Below are positions 11,551 through 20,800 of a stretch of 64,000 nucleotides of DNA, piece after piece (positions within the stretch are counted from its first letter, which is position 1; each line of letters opens with the position of its first letter). Below the pieces are notes generated by a model. The model searched no databases and was not told the DNA's origin. It worked only from the letters and a program-made list of their open reading frames with translations. The translations under genes were made by a program, and so were the position numbers. The stretch is from an uncultured Flavobacteriales bacterium (lineage in GTDB: Bacteria; Bacteroidota; Bacteroidia; Flavobacteriales; BACL11): positions 320 to 64,319 of the forward strand of contig CATMIT010000001.1 of assembly GCA_950069165.1 (NCBI GenBank), in the 5' to 3' direction.

Positions 11551-11578
11551 TATAAAAGATGGGGCCGTAAGCCCCATC
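11551..11578 (-). promoter_or_regulatory. Terminator-like stem-loop in the rimP leader (8-bp GC-rich stem, 5-nt loop, then UUUUAUA), ending 14 nt before the rimP ATG
   Basis: Minus strand reads GATGGGGC-TTACG-GCCCCATC followed by TTTTATA. The plus strand has no T-tract after the stem. Confidence 0.55.
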
Positions 11579-11941
11579 CTCAATTCTTCTATTTTTCTGT
11601 CGGCAAATATAGAACCTTTTTATATATCTCGCAAACTATTATTGTAGTACTACTCTTTTGCTTACAAAGGAGTCATTTGTTCTTATTTGCACCATATAAA
11701 CTCCTCTTGGATAAGAAGATAAATCAAGATGTTTGCTAAAATTAGAATCTAACACTTTACTTCTAAATTATTTCCTATTGTTTGATTCTTGTACAAGCTA
11801 ATTTCTTAATTATTTATGCTTCTATCTATTATTTATCTAGCTCTCATTCTAATTTACAAGTCATTAAATAATTAATATTTATCTCTATGCGTTAGAGTTT
11901 ACAAATGAAATACTAAAAATTCTCCTCTGTATTTTATTTGT

Positions 11942-12013
11942 TGCCCGACTAGGGCTCGAACCTAGACTCTTCTGCACCAAAAACAGACGTGTTGCCAGTT
12001 ACACCATCGGGCA
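11942..12013 (-). tRNA. tRNA-Gln (anticodon TTG)
   Basis: The reverse complement TGCCCGA-TG-GTGT..ACAC-G-TCTGT-TTTTGGT-GCAGA-..CTAGG-TTCGAGC-CCTAG-TCGGGCA-A folds as a cloverleaf. The anticodon loop is TT-TTG-GT. CCA is not encoded. Confidence 0.85.
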
Positions 12014-12140
12014 CTAAAATTAGTGGGCGCAAAACTAACAATAAACTAAAAGCGCACAAAATATTTTATCAAAATTTCGTTTTAATTTGTAATCATTAAT
12101 TATTTATTAAATTCGCAAATTAAAAATCAGCATAAAAATT

Positions 12141-15100
12141 ATGAATAACTACAATAAACTGAACAACATAGTAGGCTGGGGAGTATTTTTAATTGCTTCT
12201 TTTGTATATCTATCAACTATTGAACCAACCGTAAGTTTTTGGGATTGCGGAGAATATATAGCAACCGCTTACAAATTGGAAGTTGGGCATCCCCCAGGTG
12301 CACCTTTGTTTCAATTGTTTGGGCGAATATTCACTTTATTTGCCGAACCTGGAACATCACAAGTTGCTGTTGCAATAAATATAATGTCTGCTCTTTGTAG
12401 CTCCTTTACCATTTTATTTCTGTTTTGGACCATTACTGCATTTGGAAAAAAATTCTTTACCAAAGATGAAGGGGCTGAAACAGGAAAAATGTATGCGATT
12501 TTAGGAAGTGGTTTGGTTGGCGCTTTGGCTTACACTTTTTCTGATTCTTTCTGGTTTTCAGCAGTGGAAGGAGAAGTTTATGCCATGTCCTCCTTTTTTA
12601 CGGCAATCACTTTTTGGTGCATTATGAAGTGGGAAAGTGAAGCCGACAAGCCCCATGCAAGCAGATGGTTGGTTTTAATTGCTTATTTAATGGGCTTATC
12701 AGTTGGGGTGCATTTACTTTCCTTGCTTACTATCCCCGCAATGGGCATGATTTATTACTACAAAAATTATGAATATTCTAAAATTGGAGCGATTAAAGCT
12801 TTTATTATTTCCATGGTGATTTTGGGTTTAGTACAAGGAGTTATTATTCCTGGTGCTATTAGTTTAATCTCTTCCTTTGAACTGTTTTTTGTAAATACTA
12901 TTGGCTTGCCTTTTAATTCTGGAACAATCCTCTATTTTGTGTTTTTAATTGCTGCAATAATTTTTGGTTTAAAGTATACTAAAAAGAATAACAAAGCCAT
13001 TTGGAATACAGCCATTCTTGGTTTTACCGTACTTTTGATTGGTTATTCTTCATTCGCTATTTTGGTGGTTCGCTCCAATGCAAATCCTCCAATTGATGAA
13101 AACAATCCAGAGGATGCCGTTGGACTTTTATCTTATTTAAAAAGGGAACAATATGGAAGTTGGCCTATTGTTTACGGGCATTATTTTAATGCAAAATTAG
13201 ACAATAAAAAACCTTATTTGGATGGGAATCCTGTATATGAAAAAGATGAAAAAAAGGGTGAATATGTAATTATTGATAAAAGGAAGAATACCATTCCCAA
13301 TTATGCTAAAAGGCACAAAACACTTTTCCCTAGAATGTGGAGCAACACCCAAGCAAAGCATGCAAACGGATACAGATCTTGGGCAGGGCTGAGCAAGAAT
13401 AAAGATAAAACCCCAACTTTTTCACAAAACTTATCCTTCTTTTTTAAGTACCAAATTGGATGGTCTTATCTCAGATATTTTATGTGGAATTTTGCCGGAA
13501 GACAAAACGATTTTATGAATATGAACGGGAATGCCCTTCACGGAAATTGGGAAAGTGGGGTTTCTTTTATTGACAATGCCCGGATAGGGCTACCCTCCAA
13601 AGTAAAGCTTCCAGATTACTTGCAGAATAATAAAGGAAAGAATCATTATTTTTTCTTGCCTCTTATTTTAGGCCTCATTGGGATGTTGTTTCATTTCAAA
13701 AAGAATGAACAAGATGCTGTAGCCGTTTTGCTGTTTTTCCTTTTTACAGGAGTATTAATTATTATTTATTTAAATGTTGTCCCTTTTCAGCCAAGAGAAA
13801 GAGATTACGCTTATGTTGGCTCCTTTTATGCTTTCTCTATTTGGATAGGTTTAAGTGTTTTAGGAATTTACGATTTTTTGAGGAAGAAAATGAATTCCAC
13901 TACAAGTGCAGGACTAGCAACTTCCATTGCATTGTTATTAGCGCCAACTATTATGGCAACTGAAAACTGGGATGACCATGACCGTTCAGGAAGATATACT
14001 GCAAAAGAAGTAGCGGCTAATTATTTGAACTCCTGCGATAAAAACGCAATCCTCTTTACGAATGGTGATAACGACACCTTCCCGCTTTGGTATATGCAAG
14101 AGGTGGAAGGATTAAGAACAGATATTAAAGTAGTAAACCTAAGTTTGTTTAATACCTCTTGGTATATCGACCAAATGAAGCGAGCAACTTATGATGCTGC
14201 TCCTATTCCCTCCTCTTTTGAAAATAAACAATATAGAACCGGAACAAGAGATTACATTCCAATTAGCGATAGAGGACTTGGTTATGTGGATGTAAAAGAA
14301 GTGATTGATTTTATAAGAAGTGATAAAAACCAAACAAAGATTGTTACTAATGCTGGAAAACGAAATTACTGTCCAGCAAAAAAACTCAAATTGAAAGTGG
14401 ATATTGAAAAGGTAAAAGCAAACGGCACAGTGCCCGTAGAAAAATTTGACGATATCCTTCCTGAAATAAAATGGAAAATAAAAGGGAATGGTTTTTATAA
14501 AAATCAATTGATGGTGCTGGATATGCTGGCATACAACAATTGGGAACGACCCATTTATTTTGCCATTACCGTTGGCTCGGATAATTTTATGGGCTTAGAA
14601 AAATACTTTCAGTTGGAAGGACTTTCTTATCGATTAGTTCCTTATGAAGCCGTATCGCCAGATGGACAAACCGGAGAAGTGAATGTGGATAGAATGTATG
14701 ATAATTTAATGAATAAATTTAGTTGGGGTGGACTGAATAATCCGGATGTATATTTGGATGAAACCAACACAAGGATGATTATGAATTTTAGAAATAATTA
14801 TGCTCGTTTGGCAGAATCTCTTTTTGTATTGGATAGAAAAGAAGATGCCATTGCAGTACTTGATAAATGTGTGAGGGAAATGCCAAATACCACTGCACCA
14901 TTTAATGTCTATGCTTTTCCACTTGTAAATACTTATTATCGCTTGGGAGAAAAAGACAAAGGAAATAAAATTTTAGCACAAATGATTGAAACTTTTTTAG
15001 ATGAATTTAATTACATCAATGCGATAAAGGACAAAGGAGGATTGAATAGAAATCTACAAATTGCTGGAAGTGTACTTTCTAATATTTCTCGTCTGATTCA

Positions 15101-15257
15101 AAGTTTCCAATTGGCTAATGTAAGCTATGAATATAGTGAAATAGGTGGCAAATATATTAGAGAAAAAGGTGGTACAGAAGAAGATATAAGCAGGGAAGAT
15201 TATTTAATAAATACTTTTATGGATGAGTTTGTTGCCGCTCAATCGCAAAATAATTAG
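12141..15257 (+). CDS. DUF2723 / TMEM260-like polytopic membrane glycosyltransferase (GT-C-like), 1038 aa
   Basis: N-terminal signature FWDCGEYIATAYKLEVGHPPGAPLF, about 10 or more TM helices in the first roughly 600 aa, and a large soluble C-terminal half. Confidence 0.7.
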   Translation: MNNYNKLNNIVGWGVFLIASFVYLSTIEPTVSFWDCGEYIATAYKLEVGHPPGAPLFQLFGRIFTLFAEPGTSQVAVAINIMSALCSSFTILFLFWTITAFGKKFFTKDEGAETGKMYAILGSGLVGALAYTFSDSFWFSAVEGEVYAMSSFFTAITFWCIMKWESEADKPHASRWLVLIAYLMGLSVGVHLLSLLTIPAMGMIYYYKNYEYSKIGAIKAFIISMVILGLVQGVIIPGAISLISSFELFFVNTIGLPFNSGTILYFVFLIAAIIFGLKYTKKNNKAIWNTAILGFTVLLIGYSSFAILVVRSNANPPIDENNPEDAVGLLSYLKREQYGSWPIVYGHYFNAKLDNKKPYLDGNPVYEKDEKKGEYVIIDKRKNTIPNYAKRHKTLFPRMWSNTQAKHANGYRSWAGLSKNKDKTPTFSQNLSFFFKYQIGWSYLRYFMWNFAGRQNDFMNMNGNALHGNWESGVSFIDNARIGLPSKVKLPDYLQNNKGKNHYFFLPLILGLIGMLFHFKKNEQDAVAVLLFFLFTGVLIIIYLNVVPFQPRERDYAYVGSFYAFSIWIGLSVLGIYDFLRKKMNSTTSAGLATSIALLLAPTIMATENWDDHDRSGRYTAKEVAANYLNSCDKNAILFTNGDNDTFPLWYMQEVEGLRTDIKVVNLSLFNTSWYIDQMKRATYDAAPIPSSFENKQYRTGTRDYIPISDRGLGYVDVKEVIDFIRSDKNQTKIVTNAGKRNYCPAKKLKLKVDIEKVKANGTVPVEKFDDILPEIKWKIKGNGFYKNQLMVLDMLAYNNWERPIYFAITVGSDNFMGLEKYFQLEGLSYRLVPYEAVSPDGQTGEVNVDRMYDNLMNKFSWGGLNNPDVYLDETNTRMIMNFRNNYARLAESLFVLDRKEDAIAVLDKCVREMPNTTAPFNVYAFPLVNTYYRLGEKDKGNKILAQMIETFLDEFNYINAIKDKGGLNRNLQIAGSVLSNISRLIQSFQLANVSYEYSEIGGKYIREKGGTEEDISREDYLINTFMDEFVAAQSQNN

Positions 15258-15259
15258 CC

Positions 15260-15877
15260 ATGTTTTTTGGGGCTAAAACGCCTAAACTTTTTCAAGCTCT
15301 TTTCCCAACATTGGTTTGGAAAAATGCAACTAATGAAAAAAAAGTCTGGCTCACTTTTGATGATGGGCCAACTGCTGAAATCACTCCTTTTGTTTTAGAT
15401 ACCCTTCTGTTTTATAATGTTAAAGCTACTTTCTTTTGTTTGGGAAAGCAAATGGTAAAACATCCTGAAATTTTACAAAGAATAACAGCAGAAGGTCATA
15501 GTATTGGCAATCATTCCTACTCACATCCAAACGGCTTTACTACTTGTACAAAAAAGTATTTGAAAGATATAGAAAAATGGAAACAAATTATTCCGGAAAC
15601 AAAACTTTTCCGCCCTCCATTTGGGAAGATTTTTCCTTGGCAAATTGCCAAACTAAAAAAAGAATATAAAATAATTATGTGGGATGTATTAGCTTGGGAT
15701 TTTAAAAAAAATACTAGCAAGGAAAAGTGCTATTCCAATGTAGTTTCTAATGTAGAAAATGGCTCTATTATTGTTTTGCATGACAATGAGAATGCATACA
15801 AAAACTTGCAATATGCACTACCTAAAATTATTGAAACATTAAAAGAAAGAGGATTTACTTTTAGCGCTACTTGGTAG
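15260..15877 (+). CDS. Polysaccharide deacetylase (NodB homology domain) family protein
   Basis: LTFDDGP, HSIGNHSYSHP and RPPFG motifs. It starts 3 nt after the DUF2723 gene. Confidence 0.8.
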   Translation: MFFGAKTPKLFQALFPTLVWKNATNEKKVWLTFDDGPTAEITPFVLDTLLFYNVKATFFCLGKQMVKHPEILQRITAEGHSIGNHSYSHPNGFTTCTKKYLKDIEKWKQIIPETKLFRPPFGKIFPWQIAKLKKEYKIIMWDVLAWDFKKNTSKEKCYSNVVSNVENGSIIVLHDNENAYKNLQYALPKIIETLKERGFTFSATW

Positions 15878-16643
15878 CAATACAAAAATAATCAAAGCAT
15901 TTATTGGTCATTGGCTTTATGCAGAAATCATCTATTGTTACTACATTCACCAAAGTATCATTATTATGTTGTAGTTTTTGTCTGTTAATCCTATTTAGAA
16001 TATCATAAGGGATTTGCAATAAAAAATTTGGCAATAAATACTGAAGATTAAAAATATCCCAACGCATAATTTTTTCTACTGCCTTTTTATTTATTTCGTA
16101 ATATTCCATGGCTTTCTCCAAGCCAAAAACCCCCTTGATATCAATGTCCTGAAAAGAAGTTTGCAGAATCTCTTGGATCTGATTTGGTGTATATTCCCTA
16201 AAGTGCCATGGATTTCGTGTTAAGGACATTAATTGATTCGGTGTGGTAAGTATCAACTTCCCTCCTGGCTTTAATACCCTATATATTTCAGAAATAAAAA
16301 GTTCATCATTATTGATATGCTCAATTACTTGAAAAGTAACCACAAAATCAATACTGTTATTATCAATTCCTTTAAGTGGAGGTACCTCCATTTGTTTGAA
16401 AATAATATTGTTTTTCTCTTTTAGCTCCTCACTAATTGGAGTGTTGTATTTGTCTATTGCAAAATATTGCTCTGCCTTTGGGGCTAATTCTGTTATGCCA
16501 TAGCCTTCCCCACAACCAATTTCCAATACCGTTCCGCTAATCATTTTTGCCGTTTCCATATAGGCAATCATATGCCTTTGAAAAATAACATTTTCACTAG
16601 GGTCAAGGTGCGAACTTCTCTCTGCAGTTTGTAAAATACCCAT
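15867..16643 (-). CDS. Class I SAM-dependent methyltransferase
   Basis: Motif I VLEIGCGEGYG, later LKPGGKLILTTPN. Confidence 0.8.
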   Translation of the reverse strand: MGILQTAERSSHLDPSENVIFQRHMIAYMETAKMISGTVLEIGCGEGYGITELAPKAEQYFAIDKYNTPISEELKEKNNIIFKQMEVPPLKGIDNNSIDFVVTFQVIEHINNDELFISEIYRVLKPGGKLILTTPNQLMSLTRNPWHFREYTPNQIQEILQTSFQDIDIKGVFGLEKAMEYYEINKKAVEKIMRWDIFNLQYLLPNFLLQIPYDILNRINRQKLQHNNDTLVNVVTIDDFCIKPMTNKCFDYFCIATK

Positions 16644-16905
16644 TGTATTGCTAATTTTTTAGTATGCAAATTTAAGAAAATCCTTCTCATTTAGTGATGA
16701 AAATCCGCTAATTTATTTTTGTAGTTCCTTTTATTTCAGATAAATAAGGGTGATTTTACATATTGTCTTTCTTAACATTTTTGTGTTAGCAAATAGATTT
16801 ACAATGAGTTATAAAAAGATGGTTTTTGGTTTAATATTGCACCTAAGTCGTAATACTTGTTTTGGGTTGTACTATTTCTTTCCTAAACTAAACAGTACAA
16901 CAAAT

Positions 16906-16938
16906 AAAAACCCCTGGGAGCAGGGGTTTTTATTTTTA
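16906..16938. terminator. Rho-independent terminator downstream of the PorP/SprF gene (bidirectional geometry)
   Basis: AAAAACCCCTG-GGAG-CAGGGGTTTTT: an 11-bp stem flanked by A- and T-tracts, 18 nt beyond the stop at 16956. Confidence 0.75.
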
Positions 16939-16955
16939 ATTTATTTAACAAAATA

Positions 16956-17891
16956 TTATCTCATTATCTCTTTTTCAGTTGCAGGAGCAAAACGAATACC
17001 TAGCATAAACTCATGCGATCCAGAAGTGTAATCTCCTAATCCTGAAGTTACCATATCATAAGAATATCCTATTAAGTATCTGTCTCCTATCGAATATCCT
17101 AATAATAAACCAATATCTCCATTGGTTCTGTAATTCGTTCCCATCCACAATTTGTTTTGATAGGTTACCTTCACCCCTATATCAACTTGAGTAGGTGCAG
17201 GCGTAACTGATTTTACTAAAACAGATGGCTCTACCACATAATCATAATTTACTTTCCACTTATAACCAGCCATTGCAAAATAGTGTCGTTCCAAACTTCC
17301 ATCAGGATTAAAATTATAAGTATCTAAATAATGATCTTCAAAAAATCCTAATTTGCTATTTAGTAGTTGAGGAATAGAAGCCCCAACATACCAATCTTTG
17401 GAATATAAATAAAATGCAAAAGTTGCATCAGGGACAGAAGAACTAAGAATACCGCCTTGAGCTTGAGGTTCAAAATCTTTGAAATGAAGATGATTAGGGT
17501 CAATCTTAATTTGGGTAAATCCTCCTGATAATGCCAACGACATTTTCATATTATCTGTTAAAGAAAAATGATACGCATAGGATAATGAAAGCCCTGTTCT
17601 ACTTGTTGGACCAACTTGGTCGCTAAAAACTACACCGCCTAATCCAACATTACTATCTCTATATTTTCCATAAATACTTAGTACTGTAGTTCTAGGAGCA
17701 TCTGTCACTCCTACCCATTGATTTCTGATATTTGTTTTCATTTGATAACTACTTTCTATTCCAGCTATTGCCGGATTAAACACATAATCGTTAATCATAT
17801 ATTGCGTAAACTGAGGCAATTGTTGCGCTTTAGCAACAAATGCAGTAGAAATTATCAAAATAAGAATTGTAATTTTCTTCATAATTTTCAT
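16956..17891 (-). CDS. Type IX secretion system outer-membrane protein, PorP/SprF family
   Basis: Signal peptide plus the N-terminal signature QQLPQFTQYMINDYVFNPAIAG and beta-barrel-like alternating pattern. The start is 2 nt after the stop of the type B cargo gene. Confidence 0.85.
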   Translation of the reverse strand: MKIMKKITILILIISTAFVAKAQQLPQFTQYMINDYVFNPAIAGIESSYQMKTNIRNQWVGVTDAPRTTVLSIYGKYRDSNVGLGGVVFSDQVGPTSRTGLSLSYAYHFSLTDNMKMSLALSGGFTQIKIDPNHLHFKDFEPQAQGGILSSSVPDATFAFYLYSKDWYVGASIPQLLNSKLGFFEDHYLDTYNFNPDGSLERHYFAMAGYKWKVNYDYVVEPSVLVKSVTPAPTQVDIGVKVTYQNKLWMGTNYRTNGDIGLLLGYSIGDRYLIGYSYDMVTSGLGDYTSGSHEFMLGIRFAPATEKEIMR

Positions 17892-17892
17892 T

Positions 17893-20800
17893 TTACCTAA
17901 TAATAGTTATTGCTCCGCTTTGCAGATCCGAATTATTATTCAAGTTAATTATATAGTAATAAGTACCAATTGGTAATGGTGATCCTTCATGTGTTCCATC
18001 CCATTTGTTATCATTATAAGTATCTCCTTTTACACTAAATAATAGAGAACCCCATCTATTGTAAACCTCAATTACAGCATCAGGATAACGGTCAATATCT
18101 TCAATTTCCCAGAAATCATTATAGCCATCTCCATTTGGCGAAATACCATCATAAACCATAACCCCAACTACAACTCTTATAGAGTCATAACCTTGACAAC
18201 CTTGAGCATCTTGAACCATTATATAATATGTAGTGCTAACCTCAGGACTTACATTAATTTCTTTTGTGGTTTCTCCATTGCTCCACAAATAGTAGAGATA
18301 CGAATATGCTGACCCTAACACCACATTATCATTAAGTTTAATGGGAACATCTAATGGATAAGAGTATGTTTCTCCATTTGCTAAACCGTATGGTACAATA
18401 GGTAACTGAGGGGCCCAAATACTTGCTGTTATGGAGAAAGAACAATTCCTAGCAGAATCTACTACTGTTAAAATGTAATCTGTTCTAGGGGCTGTAGGGG
18501 TTACTGTTATAGTAGGTGTAACTTGTCCGGTATTCCAGCTATAAGTGAAGGTAGGATTATCTACTACACTTAAGGTAATATTGTCTCCCAAACAAATGGT
18601 ATCGGTAAAATAATCGATAAAGTCTGGTAAGAAAATAGCATCAACTGCATTTACATAAGTAGAAGCAGATTCTACACATCCATTTGTATCTGTTACCGTA
18701 ACAGAATATAAGTCAGGTGAAAGCCCTGTAACAGTTTGTGTTGTTTGCCCAGTAGGACTCCATAAATAACTAATGTAAGGAGTTGTGCCTCCAAATACAT
18801 TAGCTATGGCAGTTCCATCATCCATAAGGCAAGTTTCATCTGTAGAATCAGCAGTAACAATAAGCGGGCTAGCTGTCTGTGTAATCAGTACATTACTAGA
18901 TGTTACAGTACATCCTTTAGAATCTGTAACCGTTACTTCATAAATTCCAGGCGCAAGTGCTGTAGCAGTTTGTGTTGTTTGCCCTCCAGGACTCCAACTA
19001 TATGTATATGTTCCTGATGGTGATATTGGTGTCCCTCCTGTAGGATTTGCTGTTATAGTTCCATCATCAAATCCGAAACAACTTACATTTGTTGATGTAA
19101 CATCTACACTCAAATCAGTTGGTTCACCCAAATAAATTTCAGTAGTGTCCATACAGCCATTTGCATCAGTTGCAATAACTACATAGCTTCCTGTTCCTAT
19201 ATTAGAAAGAGTTGAAAATACTCCAGTTGTTGTAACCCCTGTATTCCAATCGTAAGTATAGCTAGAACCGGTAGGTGTTCCTCCTGTTGCAACTGCTTTT
19301 AACTTCCCATCATTTTCACTATAGCAAGAAACTCCATCTAGCACACTAGCGGTCACCTCTAGTTCAGAAGGCTGAGTTATAGACTGAGTTATTATATATA
19401 CACAGCCAATTGCATCTGTTATAGTATCCGTATAAACAGTAGAAAGGGTACTATTATTTGCGCATAAACCAATAGAAGTAGATGTAATTTGAGAAAGCGG
19501 ATCATCCCAAATATTGGTATAAATAGGGTTTCCATTAGAATCAAAAAATGGCATTCCACCTGTTATTGCTACTTCAATAAATCCATTACAATAGCCATAA
19601 CAGCTTACATCTTGTTTGTTAGTTACGGTTGCGATTAACCTATCGTTATCATTCACAAAAGTTCCTGCAGTTGATTCGCAATTATTTGCATCAGTCACTG
19701 TGATGGAATAAAATCCAACAAGTAAACTGGTTATCGTATAAGTAGTCTCTCCATTTGGAGCCCAAAGATATGTATAGCCAGGAACGCCGCCAAAAACTGA
19801 GTCGGTAATCCTTCCATTACTCCAGCCATCACATGTTACATGAGTTGTCACTATATTATGCTGAATCGGATCTGGCTGAGTCATTGTAATAAATTGTTGT
19901 TTTACACAACCATTTGCATCAACTATATTTAATGTATAAAGCCCAGCATTTAGAGAGATATTTGAAAAATTGTTTAATGGAAAATAATTGGTTTGTACAG
20001 TATCTCCCTGTGCATTAGTTAAAGTTTTCGTATACGGCACAACCCCTCCACTTACTGACACAGTAATCCAACCAGTGCTATCTCCATTACATCTTATTTC
20101 GTAAGCATTATAATCTGAAGTAGTAATTGTTGTGTTTAGTGGTTGTGGCTGTTCAATAATGATGATATCGGCAACCACACAATTATGATCATCAAAAACT
20201 TCTACTGTATAAGTGCCAGGACCGTAGCCATTAAAATTAGCAAGATGTGAAACTGGTACACTTCCATTAACAGAATACATATAAGGTCCGGTTCCTCCAG
20301 CTGCACCGCCTCCAGTAAAGGGGTAGATGTTTTGAATGTATCCATTATTATATCCATTACAGCTTACATGTTGGAAAATTACTGAATCGATAAGTAGTGA
20401 ATCTGGCTCTGTAATTGTTTGCATCATGGATGCTGTACATCCTTTATTGTCTTTCACCACAATGTTATAAGTGGCAGGAGATAAGCCAATAAAACCTATT
20501 GCTGTTTGGTAAGTATTTCCACCGTCTTTCGAATAAACATAAGATGGTGTACCACCAGTTGCCAGCACTACAATAGAGCCATTGCTTGCATCTTTACAGG
20601 AAATTTGTGCAACAATAAGTGAATCTATAGAAACAGGAGCAGCTGGTTCAAGTACTTCAACAGAGTCTGTATGCACACAATTGTTAAAATCTGTGATTGT
20701 AATGATATGATATCCTGCATCCAAACTATCAGCAAAAGCAGTATTATCTCCATTATCCCAGAGGTAAGTATAAGGAGTTACTCCTCCTGAAACATATACT

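Noticed and set aside
11558-11578. Possible relationship between the rimP leader hairpin (..CCGTAAG..) and the reverse complement of the 31-bp repeats (..ACCGTAAGGC..).
   Set aside because: The similarity is limited to a roughly 7-nt core. The 31-bp repeats do not form a comparable stable stem, so a common element family is not supported by what I can see.
11548-11739. 63-aa plus-strand ORF in the rimP upstream region.
   Set aside because: It starts at a non-ATG codon, runs through the leader hairpin, has an implausible composition and has no partner signals. The region is better explained as non-coding leader.
16750-17031. 93-aa plus-strand ORF between the methyltransferase and PorP/SprF genes.
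   Set aside because: It reads straight through the strong terminator hairpin at 16906-16931 and into the 3' end of the PorP/SprF gene, so it is very unlikely to be coding.
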